NCBI GenBank assembly: GCA_963828395.1
Contig: CAWHED010000004.1
Coordinates: forward strand, 98,899 to 162,898
Direction: 5' to 3'
Length of the DNA: 64,000 nucleotides
From: an uncultured Bacteroidales bacterium
GTDB lineage: Bacteria > Bacteroidota > Bacteroidia > Bacteroidales > VadinHA17
In this document: in pieces, positions 20,341 to 28,700 of the stretch
How the letters are laid out: every line of letters begins with the position of its first letter
Numbering within the stretch: position 1 is the stretch's first letter
Notes under the pieces: generated by a model
Told to the model about the DNA's origin: nothing
Seen by the model: the letters and a program-made list of their open reading frames with translations, nothing else
The model's database searches: none
Made by a program: the position numbers and the translations under genes

Positions 20341-21799
20341 CTATATTTCCCAGCCGGGACGGTATTCACGGGTAGCATAAAGATTAGCCTCCGGAACATT
20401 TGTCACTCTCATATTCTGACTATCCCATTGCAATCTCTGACCCCCCATTCTGATAGCGAGGTTTCCCAGGGCAATGGTTTCTGAGATAGGCTGGACATTT
20501 TTAAAATTGCCCCTGGATGGTCTTATTCCCTTAAAAGCATTATTCATTTCATCCTTTGACAATGCAAGGTACTCCTCCGGCACTTTGATAGATGCTGCGA
20601 TTTCATCTCCATTATCAACACTAAAAATTTGCATATCGTTGTATCCGTCAAAGGCAGTATAAATAACACCCTTTTCACCTATGAATAAAACACCTCCGGC
20701 GTCACTAAGATCCACACCTTTGTCAACCATGGCTCTTGGTGTCGGGGGTTTCATATTGCCGTCATACCAATAGACATCTATATTTTCATTCTTATCCAAT
20801 ACAGGGACATCCCAATGAATTCTTGAGGCCCAGGGGAAAGAGAGTTTATTTTCAATTTTTTTAAAAACGAAGTTATTGAGTTCGTAATGAATACTGCAAT
20901 CAGCCTTTGCGCTAACGGGCACTCCCAAATTCAGTACCCGCCAGTCTCTCCAGAAACCGTAAAATGCCATATCACAAAGGACACCTCCCCCGAATTCAAA
21001 CCAGCCCCTGTAAACAAAATGAGTATATTCAGGAGAGTATGGACGATCCGTACTGGGTCCGAGCCATAACTGCCAGTCAAATCCTTCAGGAATTGGTTGT
21101 GGCTCAGGCAAGGTAGCTTTGGCCTGTGGCCAGGTGGGACGGTTGGTCCACCGGTGCAGTTCAGTTACTTTTCCGATAATGCCCTGCTTCATCAGCTGCA
21201 TCATTGTATATGTCTTTGGCGGATCCTGAAAAAAATAGCAGTGCGTCGGAACTCCAGAATATATTAGCATAGTCTATTGAGGCACGGACTTCATTCAGGA
21301 AGTTGGAAATTGGTTTATGAGTGGCCACATTAACATTCTTTTTCATTGCGGCAATGTTAATTGGAGCATGTAAATGATCCGGAGTAAAATTAAATACGGC
21401 ATCCAGTCCTTTTTCTTTTTCAAGAAGCTCCCTGAAATCAGCATAGGCGTTACAACCTTTGTATATTCCTTTCCCGTTATTTTCTGCATAAGCCTTTTCT
21501 ACCCTTCTCCTGCCTTCTTCACGACCACCCGGGGCCCCGCCCGGGCGCCCCGGATATTTATTGCTGTCTTTTTCGGGATCACAGACTGAGGTAATCTGGT
21601 AAGCGGGGTCTTTCAGATATCCGTTAAGCGCACCCAACCCCATCATGCCACAACCTATCAGGGCGACGTTCATTCTGTCACTGGGGGCTATCTTTCCGGA
21701 ACCACCCAAAACATGCGACGGAATTATACTTAGAGCTATTCCGGAAGCTGCGGTTTTTTTTATAAAATCGCGACGGTTGAGATCCTTTTTTGCATTCAT
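20341..21799 (-). pseudogene. Tat-exported Gfo/Idh/MocA-family oxidoreductase, split by a frameshift near 21255-21275
   Basis: ORF 21161..21799 carries the Tat leader (NRRDFIKKTAASG) and Rossmann fold (MNVALIGCGMMG) up to ..THKPISNFLNEVRASIDYA. ORF 20341..21270 continues in another frame with ..IYSGVPTHCYFFQDPP..., the C-terminal domain. The junction lies in the AT-rich run gctaatatattctgg. Confidence 0.8.
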
Positions 21800-21871
21800 C
21801 AGGCGAAATTTTAATTCATTTGAATTTGTGGATTCTATGTTAAGCTTCTCACACTGTCAGCGAGTGCCTTA

Positions 21872-23137
21872 CTATGTATCAGGCATCAGTATAAATTCAA
21901 AGCAGGCAAAATTATTTCCCCGGTTATAGTGAAATGTAAGCAAATGAAGCCCTGGTTCATAAAAAGTGATCCTCCCTATCTCTGCTTTATTCCATTTGTG
22001 CATGCTTCCGGTTGCAAGCGGAAGTATGCATTCGCTGGCAGGTTTATTATTAACAGAAAAATTAATGGTATTGGCATCGTTTGCATAAAGTGCAACAATC
22101 TTATATGTACCGGCTATTTTGACATCCACCGTGTAATTGACCCATTCATTATCCTCGGTCCAGCCAATATATAGTTGGTTTATCGGAGGTGTGAAATAAT
22201 TCTCGTTGTGATTGAAATCTGCAAAGTCCTTGGTATATGAAATATCTACAGCTTCGTCTTTACGAAAATTCCAATGATAGGCCGTTGCATGCGGCCGTTG
22301 GTGATCCGGTATTTGATTGAGTTCACCAGCGCCCCTGTTTAAAGGCTCAAAGTCGTGATAGGCTACTCCCTCACCACCCATGTCATAGAATGCACATTCA
22401 ATTTTGCCGGAAATAACCTGGGCTCCTGCTTTATAATTAATGTCTTCGTAAGGTTTTCCTTTATAATCTGAGGGGACTGACATCTGGTTTTCTGAGGCTA
22501 ATGCGCTAATTGCCACAGAGGGTTTGGCCCAGGGGATGAATTCCAGGTACTGGACGTTCATGAACCCTGTCCTGACGAACTTCAGGGTGAGTACATGCGG
22601 GCCCTTCTCCATTTCGATCTCAGCAATGTTGTTGAACAGCCGCCATGTATGGACATGACCAGTGGTCTCCATATTAATCGCACCTGTCTTGTCAACACCA
22701 TCAACCGAGAGACTGATCTCCGTGGAATCTCTGGCCACTGAAGAGAGTATGTTGATCTGGTACGTACCGGCGGTCTTGACGTCCACGCTGTAGTTCAGCC
22801 ATTCTTCCGGTATGATCCAACCGACATAGTATTTGTCGAATGGCAAGGCTGTTCCGTCTAAGAACTTATCAAGGCCAGGTTTAGTGACAGATATACCTAC
22901 CTCATATCTGCCGTTGCGAGCCAGCCCGATCCCTTCGCTTCCGTTGTTTTTCGCAGCAGGATTATGGAAGGCAACTCCTTCGCCACCCTCATCATAAAAT
23001 GCTGCGGTGATCTTGCCGGGGATAACCTGCCTCTCTCCGTTCCATGGTTTGCTCTTAAGGTCAATTGGCAATGCCGCGCTGATACTAATGACCAAAGCGA
23101 TACCAAAAATACCGGCGATAATTGTTCCTGCTTTCAT
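21872..23137 (-). CDS. Exported protein with two tandem CBM6-like carbohydrate-binding modules
   Basis: There is an internal duplication. Repeat 1: IPGKITAAFYDEGGEGVAFH..YVGWIIPEEWLNYSVDVKTAGTYQI. Repeat 2: ISGKIECAFYDMGGEGVAYHD..YIGWTEDNEWVNYTVDVKIAGTYKI. An N-terminal hydrophobic signal is present. Confidence 0.6.
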   Translation of the reverse strand: MKAGTIIAGIFGIALVISISAALPIDLKSKPWNGERQVIPGKITAAFYDEGGEGVAFHNPAAKNNGSEGIGLARNGRYEVGISVTKPGLDKFLDGTALPFDKYYVGWIIPEEWLNYSVDVKTAGTYQINILSSVARDSTEISLSVDGVDKTGAINMETTGHVHTWRLFNNIAEIEMEKGPHVLTLKFVRTGFMNVQYLEFIPWAKPSVAISALASENQMSVPSDYKGKPYEDINYKAGAQVISGKIECAFYDMGGEGVAYHDFEPLNRGAGELNQIPDHQRPHATAYHWNFRKDEAVDISYTKDFADFNHNENYFTPPINQLYIGWTEDNEWVNYTVDVKIAGTYKIVALYANDANTINFSVNNKPASECILPLATGSMHKWNKAEIGRITFYEPGLHLLTFHYNRGNNFACFEFILMPDT

Positions 23138-23240
23138 GATGTATTTGTTTGACTCCCGATAAAGCTCAATGCACTTTACAACTATTTTACTAATTTATGC
23201 ATTAATTGTCAGATATATAGCATTAGCAATTCTGATAATG

Positions 23241-23266
23241 AAAAAGCCCGGGATTGAATCCCGGGC
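23241..23266 (-). terminator. Rho-independent terminator of the trx operon
   Basis: Minus strand reads GCCCGGGA-UUCAA-UCCCGGGC followed by U5. It lies 105 nt downstream of the thioredoxin stop. Confidence 0.65.
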
Positions 23267-23370
23267 CCTTAAGCACAATCAGAGAGTCGCTGTTCCGAGC
23301 CCACATGAGAATCAATAATATCAGGACGGTTATCCTGAATTATTGAATTGAAATTACCTTTAATGACCTG

Positions 23371-23790
23371 CTATCTGACATTATTTATCTGCTGCAAAAG
23401 GTACTGCTCGCTCCTGACACCAACAATACGGTTTACTTCTTTCCCGTCTTTAAAGAGAATCATCGTAGGGATATTCCTTATCTGGTATTTTTGTGCAAGA
23501 GCCTGGTATTGTTCAATATTTACCTTCCCCACATAAGCATTTCCTGTAAGCTCATCAGCAACATCATTCAAAACCGGAGCCATCATTCTGCATGGCGCGC
23601 ACCAGCTTGCCCAGAAATCTACGAGTACAATCCTGTTTTTTGTCTGATGCTGAAAATTGACGTCAGTAAGGGTAATAATATTCTTATGATTTTCCACCGG
23701 AGGAATGTTTTTCATTCTGGCACGCGCTATTAAAAACAACATACCAAATACAATGATAAAGGCGCCGGTTATAATAAGGGCAGTTTTCAT
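23371..23790 (-). CDS. Membrane-anchored thioredoxin (WCAPC active site)
   Basis: N-terminal TM helix (ALIITGAFIIVFGMLFLIA), then VLVDFWASWCAPCRMMAPVL and the cis-Pro region IRNIPTMILF. Confidence 0.85.
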   Translation of the reverse strand: MKTALIITGAFIIVFGMLFLIARARMKNIPPVENHKNIITLTDVNFQHQTKNRIVLVDFWASWCAPCRMMAPVLNDVADELTGNAYVGKVNIEQYQALAQKYQIRNIPTMILFKDGKEVNRIVGVRSEQYLLQQINNVR

Positions 23791-23791
23791 A

Positions 23792-24763
23792 TTACACCAA
23801 TGAATTTTGTTTTTGTTTGATTTTCAATTCGTTCAGATAACCTGAGGCTGCGAGGGCAGCAATTGTACCATCACCAACGGCAGTTGTGATCTGCCTGAAG
23901 CGCTTTGCAGTACTGTCACCGGCAGCATAGACCCCCTCGATATTTGTTGACATGTCGCTTTTTACCATAACCTCACCCCACTTATTCAGATCAATTCTGC
24001 CGTTCAGAAATTCGGTGTTTGGCACATATCCTATGAAAATGAACGCTCCGTCAGTTTTGAAATTCATTATTTCTCCTGATGCCAGGTTTTTAATGTCGGC
24101 ACTTTCAAGTTTTTCAGAACCATAAAAAGCTGTGATGGCAGATTCCATGATAAAATGGATCTTATTGTTCCTCTTTGCCTCCTCAACGGCATGCTCAAAA
24201 GCCTGAAAGTGATCAAACTGATGGATTATTGTGACTTTACTGGCATACTTTGTGAGTGAAACAGCTTCTTCAAGAGCCGAATTGCCCCCTCCGACCACAA
24301 TAATTTCTTTACCGGTAAAAAAATCGCCGTCACATGTGGCACAGTAGGAAATACCTCTGCCTTTGAAGCTGTCTTCACCCGTTACTCCAAGTGTGCGTGA
24401 CCTTCCCCCAGGAGTTAAAATAATGGCATTTGCTGAAAATACAGGACCATCCTTAAGAATAACTTCTTTTACTTCTCCGGTCAGATCAAAATCGCTTACA
24501 GAAACATTTGTTTTAATATCACAGCCAAAGCTTTTTGCCTGTTTTTTCATGATATCGGAGAGTTTGTATCCGCTGATACTTTCAACTCCGGGATAGTTTG
24601 CAATTTCATGGGTAAGCACCATCTGACCTCCGGCAACACCTTCATCAATTATAAGTGTCCTGTACCTGGCGCGTGACAGGTAAATGCCTGCCGTAAGTCC
24701 GGCAGGCCCTGCACCAACTACTATTGCATCGTAGTGATTAGCAGCGTTCATTTTATAAAGCAT
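23792..24763 (-). CDS. trxB: Thioredoxin-disulfide reductase family flavoprotein with atypical pyridine-nucleotide site
   Basis: FAD fold DAIVVGAGPAGLTAG, redox-active CATCDG and GGGNSALEEA. The HRRxxxR NADPH motif is replaced by HQFDHFQ. The start could instead be MNAAN at 24751. Confidence 0.85.
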   Translation of the reverse strand: MLYKMNAANHYDAIVVGAGPAGLTAGIYLSRARYRTLIIDEGVAGGQMVLTHEIANYPGVESISGYKLSDIMKKQAKSFGCDIKTNVSVSDFDLTGEVKEVILKDGPVFSANAIILTPGGRSRTLGVTGEDSFKGRGISYCATCDGDFFTGKEIIVVGGGNSALEEAVSLTKYASKVTIIHQFDHFQAFEHAVEEAKRNNKIHFIMESAITAFYGSEKLESADIKNLASGEIMNFKTDGAFIFIGYVPNTEFLNGRIDLNKWGEVMVKSDMSTNIEGVYAAGDSTAKRFRQITTAVGDGTIAALAASGYLNELKIKQKQNSLV

Positions 24764-25112
24764 TTACAACTGCGGATAATTCCTTGTCCAGGATAGCCTT
24801 TACCTGCTCTTTGGTCTGAATACTGGAGGTAGCTTTTACTACTTTTCCGCCCTTGTAATAAATTGTAAAAGGAATCCCCATGAAACCGCGTACTTCAGAC
24901 AGGTTTCGGATAACGTATGACTCCGGATTATCATACTCCATATCATAGAACTTAACATGCTTGTAAACATCTTCAAGTTCTTCGGCAATCCCGTAGACAG
25001 GGATACACATCGGGCCCATGCGTCCGCAGATGACCATAACGTTTTCGTTTTCGCTGATAGCCTTGTTAAGATCAGCAGCTGACATCAGGTGTTTCAAATT
25101 TGTGTATAACAT
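24753..25112 (-). CDS. Thioredoxin-fold protein with atypical CGRMGPMC motif
   Basis: 119 aa with a Trx-like layout (VMVICGRMGPMCIPVYG ... GIPFTIYYKGGK). It abuts or overlaps trxB. Confidence 0.6.
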   Translation of the reverse strand: MLYTNLKHLMSAADLNKAISENENVMVICGRMGPMCIPVYGIAEELEDVYKHVKFYDMEYDNPESYVIRNLSEVRGFMGIPFTIYYKGGKVVKATSSIQTKEQVKAILDKELSAVVNAL

Positions 25113-25137
25113 GATTTTTAGTTTTTAATTTATAGGG

Positions 25138-25145
25138 CAAAATTA
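25138..25145 (-). promoter_or_regulatory. Bacteroidota -7-like promoter element (TAATTTTG on the minus strand) for the trx operon
   Basis: The plus strand reads caaaatta, which fits TAnnTTTG. It lies 25 nt upstream of the ATG at 25112. Confidence 0.35.
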
Positions 25146-25222
25146 CGGCACATTGCACTATTACTAAAGGAAATGAGTGGATGGTATGACAACTTGCCTC
25201 TTGAATAAGCACAACTTTTTTA

Positions 25223-25236
25223 TTGATTTGGATTAA
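25223..25236. promoter_or_regulatory. Candidate Crp/Fnr-type box
   Basis: TTGAT-ttgg-ATTAA has one mismatch to TTGAT-N4-ATCAA. It sits in the divergent region between the trx operon and the Crp/Fnr gene. Confidence 0.2.
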
Positions 25237-25266
25237 CTTTATCATCTGATAGTTTTTCAATCCGAT

Positions 25267-25962
25267 ATGAAAACAATACTTGAAACGGACAAGGACTTTA
25301 TCTGTGACATCAATGCACCCTGCTTCCGGAATCTGCTGCCTGAGGAGGCGGCGCTGGTAAGCTCATCCAAAACCCAGGTATTCTTCCGTAAAGACGACAA
25401 TCTGACAAAACAGGGGGCATTTGCCTCATATGTGTTATTTGTCATTAATGGTCTGGCAAAGCAATATCTTGAAGGTGCCGGCACGAAGAACTTTAATCTC
25501 CGGATTATCAGGCCGGGCGAGTTTGTGGGTCTTTCAGGAGTGTTCTTTGGAAATGTTTTCAACTATTCCTCCATAGCCCTCACCGATTGCCAGGTCTTTC
25601 TGATAGAGAAAGAAACTATGGCTAAAGTAATCAGGCAAAATGGCTCGTTTGGTTTCTCAATCACTAAAAGGTACTGTGAGCAAAACGCCAACCTGTTAAA
25701 TACAGTGCGTAACCTTATGTACAAGCAGATGAACGGGCGGCTGGCAGATGCTTTATTATATATCGACAGTCTGAGGAATGAGGCTGAGGAGATATTCCAG
25801 CTTCTCTCACGAAAAGATATCGCCGACTTTGCCGGGATATCAACTGAAAGCGCTGTTAAACTGTTGAAAACCTTTGAAAAAGATGGTCTGATCGAATTGC
25901 ATGAAAAGGACATAAACCTGGTGAACCACGATGCGATGATTGAAATCAGTAGAAGAGGTTAA
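25267..25962 (+). CDS. Crp/Fnr-family transcriptional regulator
   Basis: cNMP-binding-like N-domain (RIIRPGEFVG) and a C-terminal HTH (LSRKDIADFAGISTESAVKLLKTFEKDGLI). Confidence 0.85.
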   Translation: MKTILETDKDFICDINAPCFRNLLPEEAALVSSSKTQVFFRKDDNLTKQGAFASYVLFVINGLAKQYLEGAGTKNFNLRIIRPGEFVGLSGVFFGNVFNYSSIALTDCQVFLIEKETMAKVIRQNGSFGFSITKRYCEQNANLLNTVRNLMYKQMNGRLADALLYIDSLRNEAEEIFQLLSRKDIADFAGISTESAVKLLKTFEKDGLIELHEKDINLVNHDAMIEISRRG

Positions 25963-25978
25963 TTCCACACTAATTTAT

Positions 25979-26608
25979 ATGAATGAATTTGACATAAAAG
26001 CCGCAGGATGGGACAAGGACCCAATGCATTGGGATCGCTCGGTAACTATTACAACCCTGATTAAGAAACTCATCCCACTAAACAGGCAGATGACTGCTCT
26101 TGAATATGGCGCCGGAACAGGGATAGCCAGTTTCCTGCTGAAAGATGATCTGAAAGAAATCACATTGATGGACAGTTCATCCGAAATGGTGAGGATAACA
26201 GAAGAAAAGATAAAAACCTCAGAAGTAAAAAACCTGAAAACCCTGAACTTTGACCTGGAACATTCGGACTATAAAGGCAGAAAGTTTGACCTTATATTTA
26301 CACAAATGGTGCTTCATCATGTCACGGATATTGAGAACATTATCAGAAAATTTTATAATCTGCTAAATCCTGGCGGTCATCTTGCAATTGCTGATCTGTA
26401 TCCTGAAGACGGATCATTTCATGGTAAAGAATTCACCGGTCATAAAGGCTTTGATCCGGAAGAATTGTCAAAGCTGATCTTAAGACCCGGTTTCAAAAAT
26501 ATTAGTTACCAAAAATGTTATGTTCTTAAAAAAAGAATTTCGGATTCTGAAACAAAGCAACTTGATGTTTTTCTCCTGATTGCTAAACGTGATGGAATAA
26601 ATCAATAA
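25979..26608 (+). CDS. Class I SAM-dependent methyltransferase
   Basis: Motif I ALEYGAGTGIAS and the post-I acidic residue. Start taken at MNEFD, which removes the overlap with the regulator gene. Confidence 0.8.
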   Translation: MNEFDIKAAGWDKDPMHWDRSVTITTLIKKLIPLNRQMTALEYGAGTGIASFLLKDDLKEITLMDSSSEMVRITEEKIKTSEVKNLKTLNFDLEHSDYKGRKFDLIFTQMVLHHVTDIENIIRKFYNLLNPGGHLAIADLYPEDGSFHGKEFTGHKGFDPEELSKLILRPGFKNISYQKCYVLKKRISDSETKQLDVFLLIAKRDGINQ

Positions 26609-26617
26609 ACGATCATA

Positions 26618-27022
26618 ATGAATATGGAAGTAACATTCGACGGCGGCAAAGTAATTACAGCACACTTAAATGGCCATGTCATAAGAACAGATCAACCCAT
26701 AAAGGCAGGCGGACTGAATTCAGCTCCGGCCCCTTACGATCTGTTCCTGGCATCAATAGGAACCTGCGCTGGTATTTATGTTAAATCATTCTGTGATCAG
26801 CGTGAAATTCCCTCAGAAAATATTAAGATTATTCAAACTATTGAATTTGATAGCCAGACCAGGTTACCGGCTAATATCCGGCTGGATATTCAGTTGCCCT
26901 CTGATTTTCCTGAAAAATATAAGTCTGCAGTTATTAATGCTGCAGAATTATGCGCAGTTAAAAAGACAATCAACAATCCCCCAAACTTTGAAGTAGTAAC
27001 ATCAGTGCGTAATGCTGTTTGA
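26618..27022 (+). CDS. OsmC-family protein (peroxiredoxin-like)
   Basis: 134 aa, with APYDLFLASIGTCAGIY and AELCAVKKTI, the two conserved Cys regions of OsmC/Ohr-like proteins. Confidence 0.8.
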   Translation: MNMEVTFDGGKVITAHLNGHVIRTDQPIKAGGLNSAPAPYDLFLASIGTCAGIYVKSFCDQREIPSENIKIIQTIEFDSQTRLPANIRLDIQLPSDFPEKYKSAVINAAELCAVKKTINNPPNFEVVTSVRNAV

Positions 27023-27246
27023 AATGTGCAGCTCCTCTTTACCGGTGTATTTCTTATGGCTGACGCTGCCAATTGTACAATAGCTAATCATGTAACTCCA
27101 AATAGGTATTACAGTATTGAACGGATGATAAGATTGATACTTTCTAAAGGGGAAAAGTTAAAATTTGTTTTGCAAAGTATGAAATCACAACCATTAAATA
27201 TGATGGAATGCATAACGTGCTTATTAATAATTAAAAACGCAAATAT

Positions 27247-27621
27247 ATGGATTTATTAACGTTCATAATTCTTATTGTTATCGGCTTAGTTACCGGAGCA
27301 GTTGGAGGAATGCTTGGAATTGGTGGTGCATTAATCTTAATACCTGCATTAGTATATTTTGTTGGCTTTAGTCAACATGAAGCGATTGGTACAAGTTTGG
27401 CAGTTATGTTGCCCCCTATAGGATTGTTTGCCGCGTATAATTATTATAAAGCAGGGCAAGTGAATATAAAATATGCTTTAATAATTGCGGCTGCTTTCAT
27501 GATAGGAAGTTATTTTACGTCCAAACTGGCTCTTAAGATTCCGGAAGACATAATAAGAAAAATTTTCGGCGTTTTTCTTTTTTTAATTGCATTAAAAATG
27601 TTTTTTCAAGGTAATAGTTAA
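27247..27621 (+). CDS. TauE/SafE (TSUP) family membrane protein, half-length
   Basis: VTGAVGGMLGIGGALILIPALVYF is the TSUP signature. The ORF is only 124 aa (about 4 TM) and ends exactly where a gene fragment begins. Confidence 0.65.
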   Translation: MDLLTFIILIVIGLVTGAVGGMLGIGGALILIPALVYFVGFSQHEAIGTSLAVMLPPIGLFAAYNYYKAGQVNIKYALIIAAAFMIGSYFTSKLALKIPEDIIRKIFGVFLFLIALKMFFQGNS

Positions 27622-27734
27622 GATGGGAAGCCCCTCAACTCATAAGCTACCTCGCTTGGCAGTGTTTCGCAGACGTTGACTATATATTGGACTGCCTTCT
27701 CATACAGCGGGAGATTTATCCCTTGTGCCACCAT
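27618..27734 (-). pseudogene. 38-aa N-terminal fragment resembling a four-helix-bundle (S23 ribosomal/IVS-like) protein
   Basis: MVAQGINLPLYEKAVQYIVNVCETLPSEVAYELRGFPS* follows the L.VYQKA...I......FP.EE.Y.L pattern of that family and then stops. Confidence 0.3.
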
Positions 27735-27805
27735 GTTTCAGAGCAATATAGTTGACTTTGACTTCCGTATAATGTAACTTTGACATTCAAGCAGGTGAAC
27801 TTCAG

Positions 27806-27907
27806 ATGTCAATCATTATAGAAGGTTACAACTACGACATCTTCATCAGCTACCGCCACAAGGACAACAAAGGCGACATCCGGCTTAGTGATAACGTAAT
27901 AAACTGA
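27806..27907 (+). pseudogene. 33-aa N-terminal fragment of a TIR-domain protein
   Basis: MSIIIEGYNYDIFISYRHKDNKGDIRLSDNVIN*. YDIFISYRHKDNKGD is the canonical start of bacterial TIR domains. The ORF stops immediately afterwards. Confidence 0.5.
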
Positions 27908-27918
27908 TAAAAGGTAAA

Positions 27919-28476
27919 ATGAAATTACATAATTATCAAATAGTTGCCGTAATATTTATTTTTATCATGATTACATCCGCATGTAAGAAAGATGAGAAAC
28001 CTGATGAAACACCCCCGGTTCTTTCAGTGACGCCTGTGGACATTTCAACCGTAACATCAATGATTGCCTTTGGTTATGATCTGACCCCGGTTCAAAAAAA
28101 TCCAGCTTTTGAATACAGAGTCAATAATTCAACCGTGCAGGTCAGATCAGTTTGCAAAGGATACATTGAGGATATCAGATTAAATGATAATACCCCTGAT
28201 TATGAAGTGTGGATTAAAATGTCGTCTAATTCGGTCTGGACAATCATTTATGATCATGTATTAAACCTGAATATTTCAAAAGATGATAATGTAAATCCAG
28301 GCGACATACTCGGGACTGTCGGAACAGAAAACAGGACTGAGCTGCAGATAAATAAAATCAACAACAATAACGAGGAACTGTCATTCTGTCCGTTTGATTT
28401 TGGAACCAGTGAATTTATTCAGCAGCATAAAACATTCACTGAGACCTGGTGCCTGACAGATACTGTAATTCCATAA
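27919..28476 (+). CDS. Hypothetical lipoprotein
   Basis: Lipobox IMITSAC. There is no confident family match, only a weak LytM-like tail (NPGDILGTVG). The coding sequence is very AT-rich. Confidence 0.55.
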   Translation: MKLHNYQIVAVIFIFIMITSACKKDEKPDETPPVLSVTPVDISTVTSMIAFGYDLTPVQKNPAFEYRVNNSTVQVRSVCKGYIEDIRLNDNTPDYEVWIKMSSNSVWTIIYDHVLNLNISKDDNVNPGDILGTVGTENRTELQINKINNNNEELSFCPFDFGTSEFIQQHKTFTETWCLTDTVIP

Positions 28477-28515
28477 TTTGGAATTGTGGTATCATCAGCC
28501 TCTTATTCTGATCAC

Positions 28516-28546
28516 AAAAAAGAACCCCGGATATTCTCCAGGGCTC
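28516..28546 (-). terminator. Rho-independent terminator downstream of tRNA-Arg
   Basis: Minus-strand RNA reads GAGCCCUGGA-GAAUA-UCCGGGGUUC-UUUUUU: a 10-bp stem with two G.U pairs. The plus-strand version would have A-C mismatches. Confidence 0.7.
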
Positions 28547-28578
28547 CGCGCTTTACGCTCAAATCTCATGTCTGTTTG

Positions 28579-28650
28579 TAGCCCCACTAGGAATCGAACC
28601 TAAATTTCAGGTTTAGGAAACCCGCGTTCTATCCATTGAACTATAGGGCC
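28579..28650 (-). tRNA. tRNA-Arg (anticodon CCT)
   Basis: Hand-folded cloverleaf. Acceptor GGCCCUA/UGGGGCU (G1.U72). D arm GUUC-AAUGGAUA-GAAC. Anticodon arm CGGGU-UUCCUAA-ACCUG. T arm UUAGG-UUCGAUU-CCUAG. Discriminator A. No encoded CCA. Confidence 0.85.
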
Positions 28651-28700
28651 GCGCGTTTTGCAGCCGCAAATGTAACCCTTTTTTTGCTTACTCCAAAAAA

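Noticed and set aside
25072-25562. ORFs 25072..25260 and 25257..25562 on the minus strand
   Set aside because: The first spans the trx operon promoter region and the second is antisense to the Crp/Fnr gene. Neither has motifs.
27752-27773. Sigma-70-like TTGACT ... TATAAT pair between the two gene stubs
   Set aside because: The spacer is only 10 nt (about 17 is required), and Bacteroidota primary sigma factors use a different consensus. It is probably a chance match in AT-rich DNA.
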